In this document: positions 32,831 to 44,335 of the stretch, in pieces
Layout: each line of letters starts with the position of its first letter
How positions within the stretch are numbered: the first letter of the stretch is position 1
From: Eukaryota sp. TZLM1-RC
Taxonomy: Eukaryota; Protista; Metamonada: BaSk clade
NCBI GenBank assembly: GCA_040285825.1
Contig: JAUPSS010000009.1
Location: 682,001-746,000 of the forward strand
DNA length: 64,000 bases
Reading direction: 5' to 3'
Position numbers and translations under genes: made by a program
The notes under the pieces: model-generated
What the model was told of the DNA's origin: nothing
The model's database searches: none
Seen by the model: only the letters and a program-made list of their open reading frames with translations

Positions 32831-33712
32831 TTGGAATTTTTTATTATTTTTGTAGTTTTTTTTTAATTTTGTTTACTATTTTTCAATGTCTTGCTCTTTT
32901 TTAGTATTGTCCATAGTTGACATGTATTTTAGTTGTTTTCCGCTGGTGTTTGCCGAGTAAATTTTCTGTATATTTTCCATTTATGTTTTGATTATTGTAA
33001 GCTTTTATGTCTATAATTAATTGTCTAATTACATTTTGTCCATCTTCGATAATCTAATGCTGTGATCAAAAAATAATTGAATATCTGATACAATCTTAAA
33101 ACATCTTACACCACAGTATTGTATGCACGGTTAGGAACAACTACAACTAGATACTGCTAAAAGTTGATCAGAAACTGAGGTCATCACTAATCGGAGAAAC
33201 TTTTGATTACGTCCAGAACCATAAGAATAAAAAGAATTCTTAAAAGAAACTACAATCAAAATAGATATGTGACTTTGATAGTGGTGAGCTTTGTTGAGTT
33301 TAGGCAACACTTTCACGAAATATGCTATAGTCCCAATGAGACAAGTTGAGATTGGAAAACTGCCTTCCCCAACTTTGCTGAAACAATGGCGATTCAATCC
33401 AAGGGATTGTTCCAGATTAAAAAGGTTAAAAAAGTCTTTCAACGACTACTGAAGTGGTTGACAAGTCTTGACTAGAGTATTTCATTAGAGATGAAGTCAT
33501 TACTCAGACTTGTTGGACTTTCAAAAGTATATTGCTATAATGAAAAACTACCAATGCACACAGTAATAAAGATAAATCACCAGGACAAGTGGATAGTGAC
33601 CTGAGAAGCTGTGAACCGCGGATGCCTACCCTCAAATCAAACAATAGTTTCGAAAATTATCATCATATTACAATTCCTGCTCAAAAGTATAGTACACTGT
33701 AACCACTACAAC

Positions 33713-34633
33713 ATGGCCTCTTCAGCATTTCAGCGTCTTCAGAGTTATCTTCATGAACCTGAAAGTTTCATAGATGTGATTGGACAAGCCCTTCATTCAG
33801 CATTCATAGAGGCTGGATTCACAAGCATAGGAACAGATCCCAGCTCTCCCTCTCCAACCAGTACCGATCTTCCATCGAATTTCAACATCAACAATATGTT
33901 GGTGTCTTTTGTCTTCAAGATAGATGATATACCCGTACCAATACACATTCGAGTGATCCCCTCAGGTGACCTAATCGATTTACATGCATCTCTAGTGTTG
34001 ACAGATAGAGATAAGGAAAGTTACCCCCATTTACACGAGATTCAAACATTCTCAAACACTTTGAGAATGAGTGATATAGTAGATGAACAACATAGTCCTT
34101 TGCAGAATAAGACAATGAAAAAGGTCAACATTTCTGATTTAATTGAATATGCCACATTCATTCACCGTCAATATGGCGACTTGATACAAACAGCAGGGTC
34201 TAGAACTTCAACAACATCTGCAACAACTTCGCAAGGCGGTGTCACACAACAACCAGCAACACAACAATCGGGGATAAGGTTTCCTGCTGAGAGAATTGAC
34301 CACGGCTATCCTTCTGTGGGTAGACATGACTTGGAACCTTCAACTGTTGGTGGTTTTCCTGGGTTACAGCCTCCTTCTTCAGGGGATAGAGTAGGACGAG
34401 ATCATCCGTTTTTCTCGGGAGTACATCCACCTTCCCATTACGGAAGTGGATTACCTCCTGGGGCTGTCCCACCTGGTGCAAGGTTTGATCCATTTGGGCC
34501 ACCAGCTCCTGTTGCTCCATTCAGAGGAAGTAGCAGTGGAGGAAAGCCTCCTTCACCACATGGACCATTCAGGTCAGAACCTGACAAGGATCATTTGCGA
34601 CCACCTGGATATGGAAACTTCCAGTTCATGTAG
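33713..34633 (+). CDS. PSMF1: Proteasome inhibitor PI31
   Basis: N-terminal FP-like domain (ALHSAFIEAGF) and C-terminal VG..DL.P, PPGAVPPGARFDPFGP and EPDKDHLRPPG motifs. Confidence 0.88.
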   Translation: MASSAFQRLQSYLHEPESFIDVIGQALHSAFIEAGFTSIGTDPSSPSPTSTDLPSNFNINNMLVSFVFKIDDIPVPIHIRVIPSGDLIDLHASLVLTDRDKESYPHLHEIQTFSNTLRMSDIVDEQHSPLQNKTMKKVNISDLIEYATFIHRQYGDLIQTAGSRTSTTSATTSQGGVTQQPATQQSGIRFPAERIDHGYPSVGRHDLEPSTVGGFPGLQPPSSGDRVGRDHPFFSGVHPPSHYGSGLPPGAVPPGARFDPFGPPAPVAPFRGSSSGGKPPSPHGPFRSEPDKDHLRPPGYGNFQFM

Positions 34634-35456
34634 GTTAGAGCATAATTGTACATATGGATTGAATAAATCATTTTGATATTTTTTGTAGTCTTTGTTATAG
34701 TTTATAAATAGATAAAATGAATCTTAGAATTATGTTGGAGATCAATCAACATCATTGAAATATTCAGTAGATTGAACACTGTTAAATCTCCAGTAAACGT
34801 TAACTTATCCAGGGCTAGGAAGAGGGAAAAAGCACAAGACAAATACGAAATTACTACCACCATGAAGACTTATCGTTGTGTAGGGTAGAATGTATTTTCA
34901 GCAGCTTTTGAATAGTTTCAATTTAAGCGTTGGAAATAAACAGAAATACCAAAAAATAAGATTATTATAATAATCAAAACTTCAAACATGTGAAATGGAC
35001 ATTTAACAGTTCATTTTGTGCAAAAAAAACGGCAGAGTTTTTTGTTAGAACGCGAAAAAATGTGTATGAAGGTACAACAAATATGAGACCATTTCATTAC
35101 CCATAACATAATTGATAGCAAGCCCCATTAATTCATCTCTTTACCTTGTTTGCTGTTGTATAACCTAAACTGATCTAGGTCGGCCGATCTAGTGCAGGTA
35201 AATTTGATTTAACATTTAATGCTGTTGCTGAAAGGTAAAGCAACATACATTTCAATGGAAATTGATATTTGAAACACTATTGTATTTTGTTGATGTTAAA
35301 GAATGATATTGTTGGTTTTCAAAAAGTTATCACCACTTGGTTGATTTTCAGCTTCTGTTCTCATGAAAAACTGTCAATAAGGCGAAATAGAGTTTGAGGA
35401 AGTGGCACAATCAGAAAAATAGATTCAATTGAAAATTTTGGAGACTGCTCCTTCTA

Positions 35457-38357
35457 ATGACAACCTTCCAGTTTCCCCAGTCTTCAATGATGGAGCACCT
35501 CTATCGGGACAGGGATTTTCATGATGTCGTCCTCATCTACAAGCAAGCAGAGTTTCTTGTCCATCGCAATATCATCTCTGTCTTCTCTCGCTATCTCCAC
35601 CAACTGTTTACCCTCCCTTCTACCGACCGTGACCTCTACCGTGTAGATATTGACGATCTTCCTGTTGATGTCGATCTATTCAGACAGTTCCTCGACTCTC
35701 TTTACTGCCAGCCATTATCCATCACCAAAAAGAATGCATTCGACCTCTATTACATTGCAGAATTCTTCAAGGTTGAGCAAATTAAATCCAGCACTTTTTC
35801 ATTTATTCAAAATCTTTCACCCCCTGATCTTTGCCACGTCATCACATGTGCCGATGATTGCTTTCATACTACCTTTATTAAGGAATGTTGCCCTTTGTTG
35901 GATAAATTAAGTCCAATTGAACCACTTGTTTTGAAGGAAGAAACACTTTGGACTTTGTCAAAATTTCTAAAGACCAACTGTTCAATTAAATGGCTGCTCA
36001 CTTCACTAGTGAAGTCGTTTATTGAAGGTAGTATTGAGGTTACTGATTTGCAAACAGTATTTCAGAATTCAATCAATTTGATTAAGGAAATTGATCTTGA
36101 TTTTATCTGGAAAGAAGTTGTTCAAATTCTCGAGAAATATGAAGAAATGACACGTGTACTTTTGGACTTTTGTTTATCTCTTATTCCAATCAATCCTGAC
36201 CTTGACACGTCATTGTTTGCTAACATGACGTCATCAGATGATAGTAATACCAATATTAGAGATGATTTTTTGTTTTGGATGTTGGTAATTGCTGATAGAA
36301 TAGAATCCAATCAAATTGATGGATTGGCCAAGGAAATTCCTGGTTTTCTTGACCTAGGTCAACGTGATTCTGCTCAATTTAGGCCTTGTACTTTAATAAA
36401 ATTGTCAGGTCATTTGAAGTCAATCGATCACGTGATGTGGTTGATTAAATGCCTTGTGAAATCTTTTATGAATATGTGCAGTTTTCCTCCAGAACAGGTC
36501 AAAAAGATCTTGACTTTACTAGAATTCAAGGAAATTCCGCTCAATTTCTTGTATTCTGAGCTTTTTGTACCTCTGAAAGGTATCGAATCTTTGTCCTTAG
36601 TTTTAATTGAATTTTCCATTAAATATTTTTCAGTGGTGTCAGGAATTAATTCTAATTCAAATTATTTTGTGGAAACAATTGAATTAGCAGATAGAACTGA
36701 TCTGTGCTTTGGGAATTTAGGAAGCTATTTCCCCAAATTCAAAGTAATCAATGCTAATCCCATTGCAATTAAATCAAAAACATTTAAAATATTAAAAGAA
36801 GATTTTGGTCATTTTGAAACTGACTACTGGCTACTTCAATCATTGGTTACGTCATACAAGACTCTTTCCAATCACAATCAATCAAATTCTGATTGGAATG
36901 TTGAAAATTTTGCTGATTGCTTGTATTTATTTGAGTTTGAACCTTTTACTTTTTCAGATTTAAATCAAATTCTTATGGTTTCTTTGAGTGAGTTTGACGA
37001 ACTTTCTAGTGTTTTATTCAAATTTTCTGTTTCGATAATGAATCCAAAAATTCAAAATTTAGGACTTGTCAATCAGGTTTCTTTCAAAAAGGTGACATTC
37101 AAGCTAAAAAACAGTGATTATAAAGAAATGTTAGATTTGAAAGTAAGAAAACTGTTCCAATCAAAATTGATTGATGATGTGATTGATCTGAGTGATATGG
37201 AAGTTGATTGGACTGTCTTAGAAAGTTTTATTAATTCATTTGCCCAATGCAACGATTTTTCTCAAATACTTTCCTTTATTAAAAAATCAACTTGTAGTGA
37301 TTTTCAAAAACATTTACTGATGCATTTTCTGGAACATTCCACTAAATTGACCGTCAAAGATTATGAAGATCTGGTGGATTTGGTAGAATCAATCAATATT
37401 GATTGTCCATCACTCCTTAGCTCAATCACAATCACATCAACTGAATCAATCAATCATGGTGATTTTGACCGATTAATCGATCTTTCAATCAAATTTAATA
37501 ATGTTTCTCTATTAAATTACACTGTTGCCTCTTTTGATTTTACTTTTAAACCAAAAGTCATCAGCATTCCAGAAAATCTTTTAATTGGGTTAAATCAACA
37601 AGAATTTATGAATCAGAAAAAGGTAATTTGGTTGAAATTCGTATTGAGAAAATCTTTAAAATCTAACTCTTCTGAATTAGTTACTATTACTGCAAAGTTA
37701 TTTGGTAAAAGTATACTATTTGAAGAATTACCCAATCCGTTAATTAGGGTTTGTTTGTGGTCATGGTCAGGATACCATAACGATGTAACCAGTAAAATTA
37801 AGAAAGCCTTTGCTTCTAATTGGCCTTATATTGAACTAACTATTACCGCTACTCATAACCCAGAATCGAGTAATATCAATGATTTTGATGTTGTTTTTTA
37901 TCATGGTTATCGAAACGAAGTCAAGGCACAACTTTTAAACCAAGTAGTGGACGTTGGAAAAGGTTTGGTTGTTTCGAGTTCCAATAGTTCAGTTTCTATT
38001 AATGGAGACTTGAAATACGGGGCATTTAAAGGTTTGGGAGACGGTGAATATTACAATTCTGGGACATCACTTGGTACTTTTGATAGCAATGACTTGATAA
38101 CGACATCTGTCAATTCTTTTTCCTGTCAATATGGCACAGGTTATTCATCCATTAACCCAGAATTTAAAACAGTTGCAAGCCTTGGTAACGGAAAACCATT
38201 GGTATTAAAGAAGGAATTTGACAGTATTAGAGTTGTGGATTTGTTGTTTGATGCTACTAGTACTGATGTTAATGGTGGTACTGGATGGAAAAGCAACACA
38301 GATGGTCATTATATACTGGCTAATTCAATAGTTTGGGTTTCTGGTATTGGTTTATAA
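35457..38357 (+). CDS. BTB/POZ-domain protein (966 aa)
   Basis: N-terminal FHDVVL...FLVHRNIISVFSRY..LF...F..FLDSLY, followed by internally repeated helical segments (ADR..WLL.SLV.S). Confidence 0.85.
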   Translation: MTTFQFPQSSMMEHLYRDRDFHDVVLIYKQAEFLVHRNIISVFSRYLHQLFTLPSTDRDLYRVDIDDLPVDVDLFRQFLDSLYCQPLSITKKNAFDLYYIAEFFKVEQIKSSTFSFIQNLSPPDLCHVITCADDCFHTTFIKECCPLLDKLSPIEPLVLKEETLWTLSKFLKTNCSIKWLLTSLVKSFIEGSIEVTDLQTVFQNSINLIKEIDLDFIWKEVVQILEKYEEMTRVLLDFCLSLIPINPDLDTSLFANMTSSDDSNTNIRDDFLFWMLVIADRIESNQIDGLAKEIPGFLDLGQRDSAQFRPCTLIKLSGHLKSIDHVMWLIKCLVKSFMNMCSFPPEQVKKILTLLEFKEIPLNFLYSELFVPLKGIESLSLVLIEFSIKYFSVVSGINSNSNYFVETIELADRTDLCFGNLGSYFPKFKVINANPIAIKSKTFKILKEDFGHFETDYWLLQSLVTSYKTLSNHNQSNSDWNVENFADCLYLFEFEPFTFSDLNQILMVSLSEFDELSSVLFKFSVSIMNPKIQNLGLVNQVSFKKVTFKLKNSDYKEMLDLKVRKLFQSKLIDDVIDLSDMEVDWTVLESFINSFAQCNDFSQILSFIKKSTCSDFQKHLLMHFLEHSTKLTVKDYEDLVDLVESINIDCPSLLSSITITSTESINHGDFDRLIDLSIKFNNVSLLNYTVASFDFTFKPKVISIPENLLIGLNQQEFMNQKKVIWLKFVLRKSLKSNSSELVTITAKLFGKSILFEELPNPLIRVCLWSWSGYHNDVTSKIKKAFASNWPYIELTITATHNPESSNINDFDVVFYHGYRNEVKAQLLNQVVDVGKGLVVSSSNSSVSINGDLKYGAFKGLGDGEYYNSGTSLGTFDSNDLITTSVNSFSCQYGTGYSSINPEFKTVASLGNGKPLVLKKEFDSIRVVDLLFDATSTDVNGGTGWKSNTDGHYILANSIVWVSGIGL

Positions 38358-38781
38358 ATGTTTTGTTAAATGAATAGTTCTACTATTCTAGTAACGATGA
38401 GATTACCAAATTCCATATGGTGCCAAACGCTAACAAATATCCAGTCAGTGCCACGTCATCAGTAAATGTTTCGTTATTGCTTCGTTAACACCAGAAAGAA
38501 TTGATGTAGTTTTGATGTTTGTCATGAGTTTGGTCACTTTAGCAAGACTTTAAACCTGCTTCTTGAACAGTAGTAATATTGACTTTTGTAATTTTCGTAA
38601 TTACTGGAGCCCAAGTCCAGTAAGCTAAAGCTATGGTGATTCCAATGTTAGTTCCCAATCCAAATTGTCATGACTTATTTAAATCATGGTAAAGCACAAT
38701 GCATGTCTGAACTCAAATACTTATTTAACGAATTGAAACTTTTCAACTTACAGTAAACAGACTGATGGTTTGGATCAAACT

Positions 38782-41318
38782 TTTTTTTTGATTGGTATAA
38801 ATTTATTTTCAACGCTAACAAAACATTAAACAAAAAACTAGAACTCAATATCCTCAATACACGCATCAACATCATCAAATCTTTTAAGCGCGCGATTTTC
38901 ATACTCTATTCCTAATTGTAACAGTGCTTTGGTCAACATTTCTGGAATTGCTTTAAGAATACTGAAAACAATTCTATTGTGCCAGAAATTGAAGTTCAAT
39001 TCTTTTCCTGCTCTTTCTTTTATTAAACTTCTGAAACCTTCAAGAAATTTAATGCCAGATATTCCAATGTTACCAAAAAGAGAAACAGCAAATGGAACCA
39101 ACTGATACTTAACATGCTCAACACGTCCTAGCTGAGATAAGGGTTCATTGTACTTTTTGATTTTGCTCTTTTCAGCAAAGCAAAGTGGAGTTTCATCTCT
39201 TTTAGCAAAGTCAATTGCTGAGTCTTTACAAACATCAACAGTGACAACATCAACAACTTTAATAACACCATCAGACGCAGGGGTAATCAAATCAGCACGG
39301 CGTTTCCCAAAAGTATTTTCATTTTCATTTTCAGATGACAACCTTCGCACAAGTGGTTCAACAAAAGCTTCAATGTGATGGCTTTTGCACATAGCGTATA
39401 GTTGGTCTCTAACAGCATCGTGAACAACTGAGCGATATGTAATATTAAATTTGCAATTAAATAAATGATTCAGATTAATGAGCTGACCACAACGACAAAT
39501 CAAATCATTTGGCACACTACAAGGCCACAGGAAACACCTCATCCTGAAGGCAGTTGTCCATTGATGATCATTTAATAATAGACCATATACATTTGGAATC
39601 TGGGAAATAAGACAACTTGAGCTACTATCCTTGAGGTCAATTAAAAAGTTTGCAAAAACGGGATTCTTTTCTTTAACCAAGCTAAGACGAACAGTGAAAT
39701 CCAAGTTTTCAAAAACTTTTAATATCTTTTTCTGCAATTTAGCATATGCAAATTTCAAAGAAATCAAACTCCTGGGTGGAATTTCTTGAATATCAGCAGG
39801 AAAGCATTTGGACCATATGTGAGGAGAGATGCATTCAATTTCACTCTGCAAGGACACTAAATAGTCACTAACACAACATTCTATCAAATGCTGTTTTTCA
39901 GGAAAACGTTTCAAAAATTCAAAAACGAAATTTTTTCCTCCACCGATGAATGCGGCTTTACTCAAATATTTTGATTTGTGAAAATCCAGGCCTCCCAATT
40001 CTGTGCTACAAAAAATATGACTACGTAAAAAAGAAGAATCAATATCGAGCAAATTAGCCAAAAATTTTGTTCTTAATTCATTAAAAATTCTGCAAAATTC
40101 GAGAGAAATAGATGGTGATGTTGATCGTAAAATATGAGTAAATTTCCCTGAATAACAAATTCTGAGGAAGAAAAATTTAAGATGTTTTTCAATATTTAAA
40201 TCTGAAAGAACCATCAATTCTTCTTCAAAATTATCCAAAAGAGAGGAAAGCTGATTTCGAATTTCATCAAAGTTGCCCAAATAACAACCTAAAAAACGAA
40301 ATCCTGATTCAAAATAATTGATAAAAGGAACACTTTGATCATCAATAATGAGATCAGCAGGCTCTCTACCAATCAATAAACATTTGGAAATATTTAGTGA
40401 AAGACCAATTTGATAATAGCGCTGTTGAACAATTTCAGCAATTGTTCTCAATGAATCAATTGGACCAATTATTGATATGTCATCCATATAAGCAGTTATA
40501 TGAACATCTGGAAATTCTTGTTTTAATTCACACATTATAGGATGGATAGCAAGGCAGAAAAAGAAAGGACCTAATGGATCACCTTGTTTGACACCAGATA
40601 ATGATATTAGGTTGAATTCCTCATAAACAAGAGTTGACTGTGAGCCATAAAAATTGTAAAAGAACGACTCAGCTTCTGGAAAATGAGTTTGAAGCAAGGG
40701 CAAGATGGACGACCTCTTCACTGCATTGAATGCGTTTTTAAAATCTAAATTAAAAATATAATTCGAAGTATTGGAATTAAAAAAGACATCAGAGGAGAGT
40801 GCTGCAGAAGATGCACCATCAACTGTTTTAATTCCAAATTGGAAAGGACTAAAAAAATCTTTAGCCTTTTTACCAATCCTGCCAAACACAGCTGAAGCAA
40901 GAATACGAGACAAAGATTCACCAATTGCAATTGGCCTTATTTTTGATTCATTCTTTTTTAAAGCAATTAAGCGTGAACTTGTCATTTCAGATGGAAGCTT
41001 GATTTTTAATGTTAAAATTTTGTTGAAAAAGAAAACCAAATCATCAATGCATTCAGAACATTGGTTTATCGTGGATTTTAACATGTCAAAAGTGATCATT
41101 GATGGACCAGGCGCTTTTCCAGATGGTAATTGGTTTATCAATTTAATTAGTTCATCATTAGTTATGGGATTTTGCTCCCAATAACTTACATTATTAGGTT
41201 TAGGGCACTTAAAATTTTCAACAGGATGGAGACTCTTTAGTTGAGCAACAGTATTTTCATTACATTCTGCAAGTTCAGAGGAAAACAGGCATTGCTTAGC
41301 GGAACCATAGCGTCCCTA
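38782..41318 (-). mobile_element. 5'-truncated CRE-like non-LTR retrotransposon (subfamily A2) with poly(A) and 12-bp TSD
   Basis: TTGGATCAAACT at 38770-38781 and 41319-41330; T-run (poly-A on the - strand) at 38781-38789. Confidence 0.92.
38838..41315 (-). CDS. Retrotransposon ORF: reverse transcriptase, CCHC knuckle and restriction-like endonuclease (N-terminally truncated)
   Basis: Stop-free frame with LHP, KAPGPS, RPIAIGE, QFGI, DFKNAFN, GVKQGDPLGP, YMDD, FLG, CRC..NHLFNC, HDAVRD, RRADL and EKSKIKKY. Confidence 0.9.
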   Translation of the reverse strand, partial: GRYGSAKQCLFSSELAECNENTVAQLKSLHPVENFKCPKPNNVSYWEQNPITNDELIKLINQLPSGKAPGPSMITFDMLKSTINQCSECIDDLVFFFNKILTLKIKLPSEMTSSRLIALKKNESKIRPIAIGESLSRILASAVFGRIGKKAKDFFSPFQFGIKTVDGASSAALSSDVFFNSNTSNYIFNLDFKNAFNAVKRSSILPLLQTHFPEAESFFYNFYGSQSTLVYEEFNLISLSGVKQGDPLGPFFFCLAIHPIMCELKQEFPDVHITAYMDDISIIGPIDSLRTIAEIVQQRYYQIGLSLNISKCLLIGREPADLIIDDQSVPFINYFESGFRFLGCYLGNFDEIRNQLSSLLDNFEEELMVLSDLNIEKHLKFFFLRICYSGKFTHILRSTSPSISLEFCRIFNELRTKFLANLLDIDSSFLRSHIFCSTELGGLDFHKSKYLSKAAFIGGGKNFVFEFLKRFPEKQHLIECCVSDYLVSLQSEIECISPHIWSKCFPADIQEIPPRSLISLKFAYAKLQKKILKVFENLDFTVRLSLVKEKNPVFANFLIDLKDSSSSCLISQIPNVYGLLLNDHQWTTAFRMRCFLWPCSVPNDLICRCGQLINLNHLFNCKFNITYRSVVHDAVRDQLYAMCKSHHIEAFVEPLVRRLSSENENENTFGKRRADLITPASDGVIKVVDVVTVDVCKDSAIDFAKRDETPLCFAEKSKIKKYNEPLSQLGRVEHVKYQLVPFAVSLFGNIGISGIKFLEGFRSLIKERAGKELNFNFWHNRIVFSILKAIPEMLTKALLQLGIEYENRALKRFDDVDACIEDIEF

Positions 41319-41602
41319 TTGGATCAAACTGTAGAAATAATTATTCTGGACTATTTTATATCAAAATCATCACTTTCCGAGCACATGCAAGACCATCTCA
41401 ATCTCTGAGTTCATTTACTTCCCGTACACTTCTGTGTCAATTCAAGGAAGTAGTGTTTTCCAGTGTTACGAAGCTTGCCTGAGGTCATTGGTTGTGCTGA
41501 TTTTTGTGAAAGCATTGCATATTGGGGAACCAACTACCATGATGTGTTGGGGAAATGTTGTAAAGTTGATTTAAGTATAAGTAGCTTTGGCTTGTGATTT
41601 TT

Positions 41603-41957
41603 CCTAAGTTACCGAGTGCGTAGTTTATGTTTTAAATCGAAATGAAATTTAGTTAACTACTTTGTAATCAACAATTCGTCTTTGAATACGCAATTACTAT
41701 TTTTAGTAATGGACATGGAGGACAGCACCATTTTCCGATTTTCAGTGTTCATAGTGAATGCTTTCTGGTCATTTTGTGATTAGTTAAATTTGTATTAGTA
41801 TTTATAATATTGATAAAATAAACTGTTTTTTGAAACTCTATATAGCTTTATGAAATAAGTTTGTTGACAAACAATCTTAATGGAAAAAACTGAACGCAAT
41901 CAAGCAAGTTCGTTCGACTGGTCGAACCTTGTGCGCACTCGCACTCGGTAACTTAGG
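41603..41957. mobile_element. MITE-like element (355 bp) with perfect 18-bp terminal inverted repeats
   Basis: CCTAAGTTACCGAGTGCG (41603-41620) and its reverse complement (41940-41957), flanked by T-runs. No ORF. Confidence 0.75.
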
Positions 41958-42234
41958 TTTTTTCCAAAATTAATCCAGTCTATTGTATTCAAGATGAACA
42001 CGCTCAAAAAGTACTAGAATATTTCATTAAATAACAAAGTTACAACCTTATATACCTTTATAAAATCCAAATAAATTAATTTTAAGTTAGAGATCAAAAT
42101 TGACAAAACCAAGTCACTATTCAAATAATAACCGACAAAGTACTTCATGAGAACTATAAAATAACAATTTAAATATAATCTAATTAATGAATAAAGATTA
42201 ATTAATTAATTAATATAAATGAAGAACAAATACT

Positions 42235-43815
42235 CTAATCTTCCATTTTTATCTCACGAATCTCTCTCCTCTCACCACTCTTCTTGGCCAAGTCCTTTAA
42301 CGGAGACCCTATCTGCGGAGATCCCAAGCGAGGAAGCTTTGGTAGTGGTGATAGCTTTTTGCCGGCAAACCTTTTTGGCAAGACTAATGGAGACTTTACC
42401 GGACTTTTGACCGTCGACACGTCACTCATCACGTCCTCATCCTCCATTGCCACGTCATCACTTGCTGACACAACAGCCTCTTTCATACCAAATAAATACT
42501 GATGTGGCGCCTCAAAATAAAATTCCTCTTTCTTCAACTTTCCTCTTGACTTAATCAGACCGTAATCACGACAAGCTAATTGCGAGTGACCATCACTACC
42601 CTTTTGGGCAAGTTTCTCTGCATCCCCAACACTCAAACCTCGTTGTATTAAAGTTTTCCTTAATTGCATAAACGTCATGTACTTCCAGGGACATCCATGG
42701 AATGTTGACGTGTAATCTGGCCTTGATGACGTGTCATTGAGTTTCAAACAGGAAGGTGGACCGTAATTACGACCCCCACCTACCGTACCATAATGATGTT
42801 TAATATTGTAAGCATATTTTTTTTCAAACTCGGTATTTGAAATCTTTTTCGTCATTTTCCTTCTCCACAGTTCCAAGTTCTGCTCAACACTCAAACCACA
42901 TCCCTTCAGCGCCAGGCCCAAATTCAACCTGCCTTCATGCTTCAAATGGCCTTCGTTCGTCAATTGCGTAAACATAACATCCATGCAAAGAGGTAGGCAA
43001 CCAGACGAACTTAAACTTTCAATATCATTATGGGAAGAAATAGAAGAGTTTGTAGAGAAGGAATTGACTGAGAGAGAGTGCAAAGAATGTGAAAAATATC
43101 CTGAAACTAACTGTATCACGTCATCAAGGTCTTGATTGATCAGGTTGCCGTAATGCCCGTTTGACTTATATTCCTTAATTTTAAAATCAAACGAACGCAA
43201 TCTATGCGAAAACAACGACCTCAACACATCTACCATGTGAGTTTCCTGAATGTAAGCTCTCCCCTTGACTACGGGCATCTCTCCCCAGTCTAGATGAGTA
43301 ATGGGAATGGAGAATACGCAAGGGTAGGGAACATCAGTGTTTTCCTCCTTGGCCACGGTTCTTGCATCGAGTTCTGGAACAGAGAAGGCAAGATTACGGA
43401 GAGAAGTGGGGTCTTTCTGGAGGTGGTGAATGCGGTGAAAGAAAATGAGGGATTCAGCAGTGCAGAAGATGTCGAGCAAGGAATTATCAGAGGAGTTGGC
43501 TACAGCATAGCGGAGGAGGTGGTGTGTGGCTGAGTCAATGGTGGAGTCACCAAGGAAAGTTGTGCGATGAAGTATGGATGATAATGCTGAGGTGAAGTTA
43601 GTATACGAGAGTTCCCTGCGAGAGAGTGAGTAAAGTTGGACAAGGGTGTCAATACGTTCAGCAGCATGGTTAATAGCATCAGAAAGATCTAATTGACAGT
43701 CAAAATCCTTCAAGTAAAAAATGTCTGCATCAGGATCTAGATATGGTTGAGTAGGTACAAATTGATTGTTGAGGTTGGAATGTGTACGTAGAGTTGGTGA
43801 AGAGAACTGCTGCAT
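42235..43815 (-). CDS. PRIM2: DNA primase large subunit
   Basis: Fe-S domain motifs LPLCM, HLKHEGRLNLGLALKG, YNIKHHYG, PPSC, HGCPW and QLAC. Confidence 0.93.
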   Translation of the reverse strand: MQQFSSPTLRTHSNLNNQFVPTQPYLDPDADIFYLKDFDCQLDLSDAINHAAERIDTLVQLYSLSRRELSYTNFTSALSSILHRTTFLGDSTIDSATHHLLRYAVANSSDNSLLDIFCTAESLIFFHRIHHLQKDPTSLRNLAFSVPELDARTVAKEENTDVPYPCVFSIPITHLDWGEMPVVKGRAYIQETHMVDVLRSLFSHRLRSFDFKIKEYKSNGHYGNLINQDLDDVIQLVSGYFSHSLHSLSVNSFSTNSSISSHNDIESLSSSGCLPLCMDVMFTQLTNEGHLKHEGRLNLGLALKGCGLSVEQNLELWRRKMTKKISNTEFEKKYAYNIKHHYGTVGGGRNYGPPSCLKLNDTSSRPDYTSTFHGCPWKYMTFMQLRKTLIQRGLSVGDAEKLAQKGSDGHSQLACRDYGLIKSRGKLKKEEFYFEAPHQYLFGMKEAVVSASDDVAMEDEDVMSDVSTVKSPVKSPLVLPKRFAGKKLSPLPKLPRLGSPQIGSPLKDLAKKSGERREIREIKMED

Positions 43816-44169
43816 GCTTAGTTGTAGTTTTAGTAAATTGTAATTTCCACTTCCATTTCCAATTTTTCTTTCTGAGTATTCCGTTTATTTTCAAATTTTA
43901 TTTTGTCTTTATAATAGGAGATGTTTGTTAATCTGGCGAAATCGCTGATGAATTCTGGGGGATTCTTTATTATCTGATGCAATAGCGTCAATAAGTAAGA
44001 TGACACTCATTCAACCAATTGATTTGGATTGCAACTGATTGTACTGTTGACAATATATTTCCGCGACTATTTGAACACAATTCAGCTCATTTTTGGTTCA
44101 CATTGCCAATGCCTCCTAGAAGTTCAATTATGTCACCATTCCATTTCCATTTTTCAGAAATAGACTTTT

Positions 44170-44335
44170 CATAAACCTACACACTTGACAAAATAAAACC
44201 ATAACTGGTGGGACGAAATTCAATGAACCAAGATTTCATCTACAAAATTTTGATCTGCTTGCTGTCTAGCTAAAACTTCCCTAATTCGATTGAAGAACTG
44301 AGGTAACCTATTAAGAATGGCAAATTGAATTCGAG
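44170..44335 (-). mobile_element. Family-B retrotransposon 3' end
   Basis: Reverse complement of ...GCTAGACAGCAAGCAGATCAA..GAAATCTTGGTTCATTG...GTCAAGTGTG, as at 29240-29330. Confidence 0.75.
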
